DNA of 64,000 bases from Haliotis rufescens (Eukaryota). A program made the translations under genes and the position numbers. Positions 13,301 through 26,282 of the stretch are shown piece after piece; the stretch's first letter is position 1, and each line of letters starts with the position of its first letter. The DNA is taken from positions 1,612,001-1,676,000 of the forward strand of contig NW_025964362.1 in NCBI RefSeq assembly GCF_023055435.1. The letters run 5' to 3'. Under the pieces are notes generated by a model. It searched no databases, was not told the DNA's origin, and saw only the letters and a list, made by a program, of their open reading frames with translations.

Positions 13301-16300
13301 CTGTCACGGCCGAACACACAGCTGCTAATGTGCCAGGACGACGATGGATGTCCGCCTTGACTGTACGGAATCGCCTTCGCTAAGGTTGGATTGAGAGCCA
13401 AGAGACCTCATTTGGACTCCGTATGTCAACGACATCACCGCCTTCAACGCGTTCTTTGGTGAACAAACGTTCAGATCTTGAATCCGCGCCATTGGACGAA
13501 TTTTGCATCAACGCTTCCTTCCTGTAATTGACGTCCAATGTGAGATTTTCCAAAAATGATATCGTCAGGCCGCACACGGGAGCCTTCCCTCCAACAACAA
13601 CGTAAATGTACATTCTTTGAGCATCTTTGGGATGAACTCGGTCGACGTCTACGACAGCGTCAACCACAGTCTGCAACACTTCATTAACTGGTTCGAACAC
13701 TACAGGAGGAACGGAGAAGGTCTCCCCAGGCCAAAATTCAGAGACTAATACGGTTAAGCAGGGACGTATATTGAACTTGACGTCACCACTGACCAACTGC
13801 ACGACATCCGTGTGTTATGAAATCTGGACAAACCTTGTTGCTCTAATTATGTGAAATTTCATCTTTTACGGAAGAAATCTTTTCGTATCATGCTTTGAAA
13901 TACACCCACCAAGGGTTGAATTTTTCAGCCATTTTTTTCTTTTTTTCTTTTTTTCTTAGAGTATATTATCAATCATAGTATCTTTATGATTAACATGTTT
14001 ATATTAGTTTTTGCTGATTTCCCAGGTTTGAGATAATTTATGTTGATATTATATTTCAAAATCAATAAAACGGGTTTTTCTCACAAGCATTCAATTTTCT
14101 CACCTTTTTAAGATTTTGGATGGATATTCCATTCATCATACCACTTGGTTCCCTCTCAAAGTGCTTCTCATCCAAGTGCTGAGTACTTGAACAATCAGCA
14201 TTAGTCTGTTTAGTTCCACACCAGTAAGAGCCCTGGTATTAAAGATTAGTGTGCACATGCAAACGTGACTAACGTTGTGACTTGAATTGATGAGATATAA
14301 ATCAGTTCAAAAGTTCAAAAACCAGTCGTCTAAGGCGCAGCGATTCGCTGTGCGGAGTTGCGTCCCTTGGTCACGCCAGAAACCTATGATTGTGGGTTCG
14401 AATCCTGGTTCGGCCCTGTTATGCTTCTAGGTTGTCAGCACCATACCCGTGCTCGTGGGTTTAACCGAAGTGGTAAACGTCTAAGACTTTCATCACTTCG
14501 GGCTTTCCTCCCACATTAAGCTGACACGCCGCGATATAACTGGAGTACCGTTTAAAGCGGCGTTAAACCTAACTCACTCATTACTAAATATGCAAAACCT
14601 TCACATGAATTAATAAGAGATCTTAAGTAATCAGAATTAATTAATCAGTTCAAAAGCATTACAAAATGTGCAAAACATAAAAATAATTAAATACGTAATA
14701 ACGCAATTACTTTCTCATTTTTGCACTAAAATAGGGTGTGAACTTTGAATCTCTTCAAGCACGTGTGTTGTGTACATGCTATAACAATTACTTACGGTGA
14801 AGGGGAAATAGATTGGTTTCGGCACACCAAACTCCCCTGGCCAAACATTGTCCATATACCAGGTGATGAGGAGGTGGATTGCCGTGTCGCCTAGCAACAT
14901 CAAAATGGCGTCCAGCAGGGAGAAGTTGTCATCCACAGTAGCAGGCTCATGAAAATTAGACCACTGCACACCCGAGCCTATATATTCAACATAGACACAT
15001 GGAAATATTTATGGGAATTGGGACATTGAAAGCATTTTTCAGATGCACTTTATGGGCCAAAGAAAAAAAAGTATTTACGTTGAAGTTCAGCAGCAATTTT
15101 CAAATTTACCAAATTTTAAACCCCATTTGCATTTTAAAGGAGATGAGAACCTATATCCAGTACATTCATATTTAGTAGTGTTTATCCTGTCCATACTTAT
15201 ATTGGAATTGAATTTTCCAGGGTGAGGGGCAGTGGGATAGCCTAGTGGTTAAAGCTTTCTGTCGTCACGCCAATGGCTCGGGTTCAATTCCCCATATGGG
15301 TACAATGTGTAAAGCCCATCCATTTTAGTGTCCCCCGCCAAGATATTGCTGGAATATTGCTAAAAGCGGCCTAAAACCCTGTTCACTCACTTACTCACTC
15401 AAGGATGAAAGAAACATACCAGCTCCTTCATAGAGTGATATGACCTTTGCACCAAACGCCATTCCCACATTGAACAGGAGACAGGAAGCCAGTTTAGCTG
15501 ACCTCGACATGTTCTGGTATATGATCTGCAGGTAGAAGTACGGGCAATAGGATATGAAGAACACGATCCCGCTGACTGCTGCTCCGATGTTTGCTGCAAA
15601 TATTAAGAAAGCCATAAGAAGATGATGTTCTAAATTACCTGAAATATCGTAATAAATGCAATGGATGGTTTCAGAGGACCTTTTTAAAGAACTTTAAAGA
15701 CAAAGAGCCTATTATCAACAATCAGGGGATCATTAACCAACCATCCATACGTCCATATGTGTATTATTTCAATAAGACATGAGCCATTAACGTGGATATT
15801 GATGTTGCCGTCACTTTGAGTGACATCGGCAAATGCATTTCAATATGTTTTTATCTGTGATATATTTTGAAAATATCTTCCTTCAATTTTTCATGTCCTT
15901 CAGTTACTTGAAATGTCTTATAATGTATTTGATGGGCAAATGCTTTGTGGGGGTAACACATAATTCTAAAAGTGTGGTTGTCCTGAATGTTGATATGAAT
16001 AACGAGTTCGATAATCGCCTTAAAGGAACAGGTTTGAGGTTGTCAAATCAAATTACAGATTCCATATCACAGCTGATTGTTCAATCAAGTGGTTCAATCA
16101 ACAAACGGCGTAAGGTAAATTGTGACAAATGCGAGACGGAAAAACACCCGACTTAAATACAATTGCCACTCACTGATAAATTTTATAGATATTAAATTAG
16201 TCTATTGGAAATAATATGTAAATAAATGGTATTGTCATATTGTATTTCAATACTAGGTCTAAAATAATCCATATTTACCCCTTTGAGTGAAGACGCTGAT

Positions 16301-19300
16301 CATGAAGCAGTAGGAGATGATGGAGACGCCGTAACAGAGGAGGAACACAAAGAACAGGGAGGGATCTGATTTAGCCAAAGCAGCCCCATTTCCACTTGCA
16401 TTTACTCCACACAGCAGAACGTACAGGGCCACCACGACCAACACATATAGAAAACTGGTCACGAACCAAGACGTCCAGTGAGCTGCAGCACTCAGACCCA
16501 TCAGCTTCATGGACTCCTGGGAAGTAAGAAATGGATGTAGTCAAGTTTTAACTTTCAAGGGGGTGGTAGGCTGGAATGACGGTTGAAGCGTTAACTTGAT
16601 ACACAGAACATTAAGATTCAATTCCCCACATTTGTACAATATGTGAATCTCATTGTATCCCTCTGTCGTGATATGGCTTGAAGTTTGCTAAAAGCGGGGT
16701 AAACTCTACTCCCATGAGGGACAAAGTTGTAAATGATCGTGTGTGAGTGATGTCCTTTCTGTCTCACCAAAGACCTGGGAATTATCGGGGTTTGTGTAGC
16801 TGCCCAGCAGTCTAAGGGACGTTAATTTGCTCTGCAGAGTTCCATCCTTTTACCATAGCAGGAACCGGTGAATGTGGGTTCAAATGCACTATTTGCTCCA
16901 ATTATGACTCTAGGTCTGTCAAATAGCCCAGCTTAAGTTTACTTTCATTCGTGTTTTGCGTTGAGCTTCAACAGCTACCTGGTGAGTATATTACCCAGGA
17001 TGTGGCGGAAGAAGGTTAACCGCCACATTACCATCTCGTCCTACCGGGTACCCATTCGCTGCAGGGTGAATAGAGGTACATTTCGAAAAAATCACATACT
17101 TGAGGAGACACCCATCCAACTTCTATCCGAGACCTCCACGTTGCTTAAATTCACCTGATTTGTGACCTGTGCGCTGTGGACAGGATCACCTGCCATTAAT
17201 CTAAAAGAGGTTTGTGGCACACACGTGTATTCATGTTGCTTTGTGTGCTGATATCTCGCTGTTGATTAGGAACGAAAATTAGTTGGTCTGATTCTAAATC
17301 CATGATTGACAGGCGATGCACTCCTCTATATAGGTGCACTCCATATTTGAAACCGCGAGGAAAATAACAGCCATTTGAGTCATTACAAAACCTGAAGACT
17401 TACTTTCAGTTTCTTTTCCTTCTCGTAAACAACTCCCTTCGTTGTCTGGATGGCCATCAGGATGAAGCTCAGCATCAGCAACACCGGAAACACGTACTGC
17501 AGCATCGCACTCATAGTGTCAACGATGTAGGGCGGGTATGGCATTCGCAGCATTTGAACCTTTAGGTCTTGCAGTATAGCAGTTGAGTTCGGGTTAAAAT
17601 GTTTGATGATGGCTTCATGAAACATGCGCTGGAGAGCCACAAAGTATTCATAGTCTGAAACAGATAAAAAGAGGAACATATTATTAAGTTATACGCTCTT
17701 ACGACATTACATTACATTTATCATGTTGTTCTGGGTTGTGTCAAGTTGTTCTGGGTTGTATGATGTTGTTTTGGGCAGTTCTATGTTGTTCTGGGTTGTG
17801 TCAAGTTGGTCTGGGTTGTATGATGTTGTTTTGGGCAGTTCTATGTTGTTCTGGGTTGTGTCAAGTTGTTCTGGGTTGTATGATGTTGTTTTGGGCAGTT
17901 CTATGTTGTTCTGGGTTGTGTCAAGTTGGTCTGGGTTGTATGATGTTGTTTTGGGCAGTTCTATGTTGTTCTGGGTTGTGTCAAGTTGGTCTGGGTTGTA
18001 TGATGTTGTTTTGGGCAGTTCTATGTTGTTCTGGGTTGTGTCAAGTTGGTCTGGGTTGTATGATGTTGTTTTGGGCAGTTCTATGTTGTTCTGGGTTGTG
18101 TCAAGTTGGTCTGGGTTGTATGATGTTGTTTTGGGCAGTTCTATGTTGCTCTGGTTTCTGTCATGTTCTGGGTTTTGTCATGTCGCTCTCTGGTTTGTCT
18201 CATGTTGTTATAGGTTCTGTCATGTTGTTTAGATTTGCATCATGTGTTATTCTCGGTCTTTGGCAAGATGTTCTGGTCTGTGTCTTGGGGCGTATCTGGT
18301 GTTGTGTCACGCAGTACCTGATGTAAATCTGTTTCACATTGCTGCGCTTTGTTCTGTGTGGTGTAATGCATCAAGGTGATTTATATATTTATTTCATCAT
18401 GGGCACCTGTGGTACTGATAAAGTTAAAGATATACTTTTGCAGTTCCTTTGTAGCAAATAAACAAAACCGACAAAATCACTTCCATAACCAGCGTCCGCC
18501 CGGAGAGCGGAAGGTCCAGGGTTCGATCCCGGGCCGCGTCATACAAAAAGACATTAAAAGATTGTACTTGTTGTTACCCTGTCTGGCGCTCGGCATTAAG
18601 GGGCTAAAACAAGGACTGGTCGGCTCGGAGTCAGTATACTGTGTCTGAGTGGGGTATTCATGTTAAACTGCGGCATGGTATCTCAGTGAGCTAGCACTAT
18701 AAATCGGCATCAGTCCGGACTAGTACAAGCAGCCACACACACACATACACGTGCATGCACGTCGCTATATAAGTGCAATAATCTTGGACGCGACGTTAAA
18801 CCCAATTTCACCTCACCTCACCTCACTTCCATAACCATTTGGCATTTCTGTTGAAAAACATTGTTCATTGTACGATTCCGACTGTATCATAAGCATGTGT
18901 TTAGGAATCACTACGTTTTCGCAAACACTTAGTAGCATCACCATTTGACTGTGTAACCCAAAAGACAGACAAACATTACTTTTTACTCTTTCGCTGCTGA
19001 TTACGATCTGTTGTTTTGGAAATGAAACAAATAGTATCTAGTTATTTGTGACGCCTTGCACAGGAGCCCCGTCATGCCTTTCGACTGTGCTGAAAGTATA
19101 CCATGGATGACGTTATCCTTGCTGCATGACCTGTGGTGCATTATCTTTTTTTGCCATTTCCATCGTGTGTTCAGACATCAGCTAAAATTTGAAGGCTAGA
19201 TGACAAGCTGTTCTAATGCTATTACAGGGGCGTTCGGGTAGCCTAGTGTTTAAAGCGTTCGCTCGTCATGCCGAAGACCCGGATTCGATTCCAGACATGG

Positions 19301-20583
19301 GTACAATGTGTGAAGCCCATTTCTGGTGTTCCCAGCCGTGTAAGGCTGGACTATTGCTAAAAGCGGCGTAATACTCACTCACTAACATTATTAATCCAAT
19401 GCGTTACCTGGAGTGGAATCGTCTCTTGGTCCAGTAGTAGCCACGAAGGGTGTGGTCTCTCTGGTGTGCCAACCACCACCATAAGCGTTCCCTTTAGGTC
19501 GAATGGCCAATCGCACTTTCTTGGGCAGGATCATCTCTGTCATTGCAACGTTCTTAAATTCAACAGCAAACCTTTTTAAATTAACACTGAAGTAGTCCAG
19601 CATGTCTTTTCTCGATGAAAAACCTTTGAACGTAGGCATGCCTGTATGAATGGTAAAAATGTAAAATAAATATGAAAATGATAACCCAATTAAAGATAAG
19701 AAATAACAAGCAAAAATCACGATGGAGTCGGGAAAAAGAGTACCAAAGACAGATGTTCAATAGCTCACCTTTATTTGATGAATTAATTTTCTCTTCAGAC
19801 ATTATTACACAGAGTTTAACTTTAACACATGTGATACACTTTGATTTTCATTCAATTTGTTAAGTTTTCTGTTGGTTCTATATTGTTGTGTACATACTAA
19901 ATATGCGTTTTAGGTATCATTCGACATCCCAGAATCAGAATTCCCTGATCGCTCTGAACAACACATCTTCAGAAGCATATAATATTTCAACTGCCTTGCT
20001 CTTTTGAGCGCCACAAGAATAATGTGTGCGGCTATATTTGTAATAACACCACAGTCTCATTTCGTGCATGATGTCACCTCGAAAGGATGTTTCGATTATA
20101 TAACGTAGACAAACAATCAATAGTCAACAAGAAACATGATAGATTTACTTTGAAGCAGAAATAATGTTTATTTCGTTTCTTTATTAAGTTGGTAAGAATG
20201 TTAGTTTACTGAAAGCATTTGCAAAAAAGTCTGAATAAATTCCATACGTATAGAAACAACTATTTATACAATGTCAAATATCCATTGTCATCTTGTTATT
20301 CATCATGTTGTGATAATTCAAAATGTAATTTGTTTAAATGTAGAAAAATTCCTGGATTTGTCCGTGAATATCACAATTTCTTCTTTAGACAAGGTGGAAT
20401 ATGCCTCCCGATTAGTGATTAACAGCAACGTAAGCAGTTTGAAAGGCACTTTTTGTACACCACTATTCGGATAAATATACAGAGATTTTACATACACACA
20501 CACACGCACGCATGCACACACAGATACACAGACAGACACAGATACACAGAGAGACAGACACACACACGCACGCACACACAGTT

Positions 20584-20617
<34 letters not shown>

Positions 20618-22835
20618 GCACGTCCGATCAATATTTACCTATTGATTACGGTAATAGTTGAATACACAAACTTATGATCACCGTTACTTTTTGTTGTCTA
20701 AGAAAGTATGCGCAACTGGTCTGGTCCGATCAATGTTTATCTATTGAGTACGGTAAAAGTTATATTCGTCTTGAAGCATATGGTTTCAATATCAATAAAT
20801 GCTGGAAAATCGCCTATCAGTTGTGAAGGGGATGGTGACCCCATGGGGTCCTGTTAACACTCTATGGGGAATTCCTATCTACCGCAGTTTGATTGTTAGT
20901 GTTTTCTGCTTCAGATTGACAATGTGAGTACCAATTAATTCCTATTATCATATTAAAGAAGATATTGAATCAAACGGGGACGGCGGGGGTTACCGAGTTT
21001 CTAACGCTACATTTCGGTGTTCAGACTGGCGTCAATATGTATGGATTCTATGATCGAATTCCAGATAATGATCTTTGGTTCGTAAGCACTGTTACCGTGC
21101 TCGTTGGTAATACGACTTACTCGCCGTGATACAATTCCTGTCAAAGCGGCGTTAAACCCAACTCCCTCACTAAATTGAACGACTCACAATGTTGTGAAAG
21201 ACTATCGGACGTACTCTTCACGTAGAGTTTGTGTTTACTCAACAGCTGATTAACAGGGTTGGGGACAACGTACGATAGTCTTGCCAAATGTTGACACAGG
21301 ACCTTTCATAGCTACAATTACAACAGATATCCAAAACGTCCGTCTATCACTATCGTGTGACTGGCTGTAAGCACTAACATGAGATCGATAGGAATGTAAT
21401 CGGGGTGTACTTATCAGTGAAGGTATGCGAGTTTCACAATACTGCAACGGAACTAGTCAAATAGTGAAATAAGTTACGCAATATTCTACATACAAACGGG
21501 CGTGGTTACTTTTATGACTAAGAAACGCGTGTAACAATATGCTTGGTATTAATATTGATAGGGAGTGTCAATACAAAAGATGATAGGGATTTGTGAAAAG
21601 GTACCCCAAACAAAAAGTAGCTATGAACAAGGCTCATCTATCAAATCTTGTTGTCTTAGATGTCTTAGATGTCACACACGAATTAAAGAGGGGGCACGGT
21701 GGCCCAGTCGTCTAAGGATTCGCTGTGCAGAGTTGCGTCCCTTGAGCACGCCAGAAACCTATAATCGTGGGTTCGAATCCCGGTTCGCCACGATTATGTT
21801 TCTAGGTTTTGTCAGCACCATACCCGTGTTCGTGGGTTTCACCGAAGTGATAAACGTCTGAGACCTGCATCACTTCGGGCTTTCCTCCCACATTAAGCTG
21901 ACACGCCGTGATATAACTGGAATACTGTTAAAAGCGGCGTTAAACCCAACTCACTCACTCACTCACGAATTAAAGAGGACTCCAAGTTGCTTAATTGGGA
22001 CGGAGATTGACCGATGCCATTTCAACGATTTTCAATTTTTCAATTGTGTGTTCCTTACACAAGATACGTCATCTACATTCCCCGTAGGAGCATTTTAAGA
22101 AGAAGATTTTATTTAGGTCTAATTCTTCAACGGTGAAGACTGTTGGTTATAACTTCTGAACTCTCGGCAGGTTGTTTTGTGTTCAACCTTAGACGACGGA
22201 TCAATCCGTGAATGCAAACATAACACAATATTTTTATTATATTTTTTATTAGTTATCATTATTTTTTCTGTCTTATATCCTCTCACAGCCTATTTTCGTA
22301 AGTTAACAGTGCTGACATTTCGAGAGATGAAATATTCATAACTTAAATTCGTCTTCATACCGGTAAGTGATGCCCTCAACAACAGAATTAAGCTATCTAG
22401 CCACAGGAAAAGAACCCCGATAAAAGGCGTGACCTCGAGTACCTCGTATCCCGCTAAACTACCAACCAATCAGGTTTTCGAAAGCAGGTGAGGTAAGTCG
22501 AGTATCGCGTTTACGTTTCGTGAAATATGGGAAATTAACTTACCCAGTGGATGTTTCAGTGTTTCGTTAATACTCGCAACAAGTCCATTGATGAGGGAAT
22601 TGTTAGGCGTGAACAGAACCTCATTGTTGCCAAAGTACGACAATCGTCGAAGCACTTCATCAGGGGAATATACCGTCGCTGTCTTTTGTTCGATCTTTAC
22701 CAGAAATCTCATACTGAAAAATATAACTCCGACCAGAAGAGGTAAAAGAATTTCAAAGACTGTCACACAAATCTTTCTACGTTTTAGAAGGAAATTCTTC
22801 CACATAAGCAGCCGGAGCTGTCGAAAGAAGGCCAT
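4306..22835 (-). CDS. ABCA3: ABC transporter subfamily A, ABCA3-like full transporter, copy A (19 coding exons, ~1698 aa)
   Basis: Exons 5'->3': 22835-22544, 19641-19408, 17654-17404, 16516-16279, 15593-15420, 14977-14796, 14232-14104, 12850-12721, 11217-11063, 10306-10151, 10035-9825, 9567-9318, 9005-8875, 8578-7583, 7408-7193, 6994-6483, 5485-5298, 5064-4894, 4786-4306. Phases are consistent and the total is 5097 nt. N-terminus [17 protein letters not shown]1: [29 protein letters not shown]2: [27 protein letters not shown]-terminal TTLEQVFL. Confidence 0.93.
10868..10985 (+). mobile_element. SINE family 4, partial copy
   Basis: CCGTGAAGATC.G.GTTAGAATTGGTCTTC.GCAACCCATGCTTGTCG is shared with copies at 38240, 41640 and 43752. 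Confidence 0.7.
12563..12714. other. Assembly gap (N-run) in ABCA copy A intron 8
   Basis: Run of n. Confidence 1.
12928..13961 (+). mobile_element. Internally deleted Tc1/mariner relic in ABCA copy A intron 7
   Basis: [11 protein letters not shown]...[10 protein letters not shown] (Tc1 DNA-binding region) and a degenerate [10 protein letters not shown] at ~13620. The left end CACTCCCCCCAAAAAGAAACG resembles the reverse complement of the right end of the 1-1244 relic. Confidence 0.8.
14322..14580 (+). mobile_element. SINE family 2 (tRNA-derived)
   Basis: CCAGTCGTCTAAGGCG...GGGTTCGAATCC...CACTTCGGGCTTTCCTCCCACATT...GCGGCGTTAAAC.AACTCACTCA. At least six copies occur in the window. Confidence 0.85.
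15223..15400 (+). mobile_element. SINE family 1
   Basis: TAGCCTAGTGGTTAAAGC, GGGTTCAATTCCC, and tail GCTGGAATATTGCTAAAAGCGGC...(ACTC)n. Confidence 0.85.
17723..18150. repeat. 60-bp minisatellite (~7 copies, 3x20-bp substructure) with a degenerate tail to ~18300
   Basis: Successive 60-nt lines of the listing are essentially identical: TGATGTTGTTTTGGGCAGTTCTATGTTGTTCTGGGTTGTGTCAAGTTG(G/T)TCTGGGTTGTA. Confidence 0.97.
18491..18826 (+). mobile_element. SINE family 3 (tRNA head, Meta-like central domain, (CACCT)n tail), 5' truncated
   Basis: Near-identical to 25936-26282 and 29621-29971. The Meta-domain assignment is from recall only. Confidence 0.85.
19226..19382 (+). mobile_element. SINE family 1
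   Basis: GGGGCGTTCGGGTAGCCTAGTG...TTCGATTCC...AAAAGCGGCGTAATACTCACTCA. Confidence 0.85.
20490..20620. repeat. (CA)n compound microsatellite
   Basis: Visible directly in the sequence. Confidence 0.92.
21690..21966 (+). mobile_element. SINE family 2, full length with target-site duplication
   Basis: Flanked by the direct repeat CACGAATTAAAGAGG; (ACTC)n tail. Confidence 0.9.
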
Positions 22836-23247
22836 GTTGCTTGATAAGCCGTCCCTCTGTCCACCTTACATTAATGTAAACATGTCACACCTTGATCCCG
22901 TGTGTTACGTGAGATGGCGAGATTGCAAGGTCGCCTAGCAACGTGGCTATGAAGACTGCTCAGTGGATATGTTTGTTGGGTATATGAATCCCATACACCA
23001 CGAGGATGGTCGTTTCTGTTGTTTGTCGAGGTCAGTGTATTGCTCACTGGTGTATATGATCGACCGATGTACCCCTTGCGAAATGCATATTAATCACATG
23101 TCACAACGCCTTCGCAAGCTATTTGCAGAGTTATAGCTGCTCACAGTGTGTTGCCGAACTGTAGACACGCTTATCTCTCCTCTGCTGATAACGACCTGGT
23201 CGGGAATGCGGTCACGGCATTTGTAGTTATTGGATAGTATTGGAACA

Positions 23248-23505
23248 TGAGTGAATGAGTTAGGCTTATCGCTGCTTTGAACAGTATTCCAGTTATATCA
23301 CGGCGTGTCAGCTTGATGTAGGGGGTAGGCCCGAAGTGATGCAGGTCTCAGACGTTTACCACTTTGGTGAAACCAACGAAGACGGGTATGGCGCTGAAAA
23401 ACCAAGAAACAGCATTGTTGCGAACTGGGATTCGAACCCACGACCATAGGTTTCATGTTTGCCCAAGAGACGCAACTCTACAGAGCGAATTGCATCATCT
23501 AAGAC
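23248..23505 (-). mobile_element. SINE family 2, diverged
   Basis: Reverse complement of the 21690-21966 copy. Confidence 0.8.
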
Positions 23506-24090
23506 TTCATGTGGAGGATAGACTTCTGGCGCTTAAGCGAATTGCGGCGCCTTGGATGACAGGAAACTTTGAACGGGGTAATCTCAGATATATGTTTTTG
23601 TAATATTTTCTTATGTGCTACATATGAATCGTTGATGGGTTATTTTTGTGTGTTTTGATAAACATTAATAGTGACTAACGCTGTGAACATTTTCTTCTGA
23701 ATACCGCCACTACCCAATTACACACATCCTAATCACCCGCCACAAATTTGGTACATTGGAATGGGTGAAGTCGGTGCATCTTTCCGCCCGTCGCGTTTGC
23801 GGAGCATAATATAAAGACCAGTTCAATATTTCCTGACCAAACTTTGCACGGATAAAAAAAATCAGTCCAACCAAGAAATTGTAATTTCGGAATATTTCGG
23901 ATTGTTGTACAACCTGTGCTGTAGTTGAGTCTGGGAGCAGTTGTGCCTCACACACATTGTCAGTTCTTGTTATCGAGGGACATAGAGCTTAGCCCAGGAC
24001 CGATAACTACAAGCCAAACCCAAATCCAACATGTCTTTTCAGGGAAAGATGATATTTTAATCGAACTTCGAACGATGAAAAATGAGCTGT

Positions 24091-24775
24091 CCAGAGAAAT
24101 GAGTGAGTGAGTTTGATTTTACGCCGCTGTTAGCAATCTTCCATCAATATCACGGCAGGGGACACCAGAAATAGGCTTCACACATTGTAGCCGACCGCCC
24201 CTCCAGAGAAATGAGTGAGTGAGTTTGATTTTACGCCGCTGTTAGCAATCTTCCATCAATATCACAGCAGGGGACACCAGAAATGGGCTTCACACATTGT
24301 AGCCGACCGCCCCTCCAGAGAAATGAGTGAGTGAGTTTGATTTTACGCCGCTGTTAGCAATCTTCCATCAATATCACGGCAGGGGACACCAGAAATAGGC
24401 TTCACACATTTTAGCCGACCGCCCCTCCAGAGAAATGAGTGAGTGAGTTTGATTTTACGCCGCTGTTAGCAATCTTCCATCAATATCACGGCAGGGGACA
24501 CCAGAAATAGGCTTCACACATTGTAGCCGACCGCCCCTCCAGAGAAATGAGTGAGTGAGTTTGATTTTACGCCGCTGTTAGCAATCTTCCATCAATATCA
24601 CGGCAGGGGACACCAGAAATAGGCTTCACACATTGTAGCCGACCGCCCCTCCAGAGAAATGAGTGAGTGAGTTTGATTTTACGCCGCTGTTAGCAATCTT
24701 CCATCAATATCACGGCAGGGGACACCAGAAATAGGCTTCACACATTGTAGCCGACCGCCCCTCCAGAGGAATGAG
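24091..24775 (-). repeat. 112-bp tandem array (6 full copies) of an internally deleted SINE family 1 plus its target site
   Basis: Unit starts CCAGAGAAATGAGTGAGTGAG at 24091, 24203, 24315, 24427, 24539 and 24651, with a partial copy at 24763. Confidence 0.95.
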
Positions 24776-25935
24776 AACATCGAAGCGGATATCATGAAAT
24801 TAAACAGGTGTATGAATGAGATACATATTGACATATATATTATCAGCAAATACTACGCCTCGCCTTCACGCTATAATTGTTGAACGAATAGATGTTATTG
24901 AAAATAACTTGCTTATGACCTTACTAAACACAGAGATACATGTAGGTGCAACAGAACCTGCGACTCAGCAATAAAAGAGGATATTGTAAAAGTGGACAGT
25001 TGGTGAAAGAAAAGAATCCGAAACGAAAAACGCCTACCCATGCCCGGGACAGAATCCACCTTCCGCCTGCCCGTGACACAGAGACACCACCACCAACCCC
25101 AACGAGACTAACAGTGCATTGGGGTATGGCCACGGACCTGAGCCAGAACAAACGCGCAGACGTCCTCTAGATTTTATCTTCTGAATGTTTCTGGAATTGA
25201 AACTAAGATGAAAAAATCTCAAAAACACGATCACGGGAGAGCCTGACGCCGGAACACACTAACGCTAGACTACCAGTTCGAAGTGTCATTTTGACTGACC
25301 TGCATCTTCGGCTGCGGCGTCAATAGTGCCAAGACATAGTATCAAGTCATAGAGAACAGATGACCTTCACCTTGAAAATCAACTGTTCCATGTGTGCCAT
25401 ATGGAACCTGGGTCAATGACAGTGATGTGTGACAGTTTTGAACAATCGATTACCATCTCTTGATAATTCATATGATCTATAAAATCTAAAAGTAAAATCA
25501 CTTTTACGTTTTCTTTTTTAGGGTATACATTGCTTGAAACACTGCTAGATTTAATACAAAAGTTTGGGCATCTTCATATCCTACTTAGTGGAGATTTCAA
25601 CGGGCGAACAGGATCATCGCTGGTGTGGTTGATGATGATGATGATGATGATGCCCATCGACTTAAAATACAATATCTTTCAGCATTATGTGACAGTATGA
25701 ATGTTAAAAGGTCCTCCTGTGATAAAATGGTGAACAAGTATTGGAACCATTACTAAATACTTGCAATATTTCGAATTTATTCATATTTAATGGACGCTGT
25801 GGTACTGACGTCTGGATAGGTGACTTCCTGTGTCTGTGATGCACGGTAACCAGGTGACAGTTACCGTGTTGTGTGGAGCGAGGACAAGGTAGGTTTATTT
25901 GAAGACTTTTTACTCTTAGTAGACTCTGTATCCAG

Positions 25936-26282
25936 ACCGCCTCCGTGGTCTAGTGGTAGAGCGTCTGCCCGGAGAGCGGAAGGTCCGGGGCTCGATCCCC
26001 GGCCGCGTCATACAAAAAGACGTTAAAAGATGGTACTTGTTGTTACCCTGTCTGGCGCTCGGCATCAAGGGGCTAAAACAATGACTGGTCGGCTCGGAGT
26101 CAGTATACTGTGTCCGAGTGGGATATTCATGTTAAACTGCGGCATGGTATCTCAGTGTGCTAGCACTATAAATCGGTATCAGTCCGGACTAGTACAAGCA
26201 GCCACACAAACGCGTACATGCACGTCGCTATGTAAGTGCAATAATCTTGGACGCGACGTTAAACCCCATTTCACCTCACCTC
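25936..26282 (+). mobile_element. SINE family 3, full length
   Basis: tRNA head CCGTGGTCTAGTGGTAGAGCG...GGCTCGATCCCCGG, tail TTTCACCTCACCTC, and flanking repeat CTCTGTATCCA. Confidence 0.9.

Noticed and set aside
13380-13802. 140-aa minus-strand ORF in intron 7
   Set aside because: It is the antisense of Tc1 transposase remnants.
17723-18326. Two long repetitive ORFs (169 and 196 aa)
   Set aside because: They are by-products of a stop-free 60-bp minisatellite lying antisense within an intron, with no domain or splice evidence.
24091-24775. CRISPR-like regular repeat array
   Set aside because: There are no unique spacers and no cas genes, the context is eukaryotic, and the units are SINE-derived. 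The 37-bp array at 63201-63360 also lacks spacers.
25936-26010. Possible tRNA genes at SINE heads (also 42777, 44517, 21690)
   Set aside because: A and B boxes are present but run into SINE bodies with TSDs. No convincing cloverleaf or terminator was seen.
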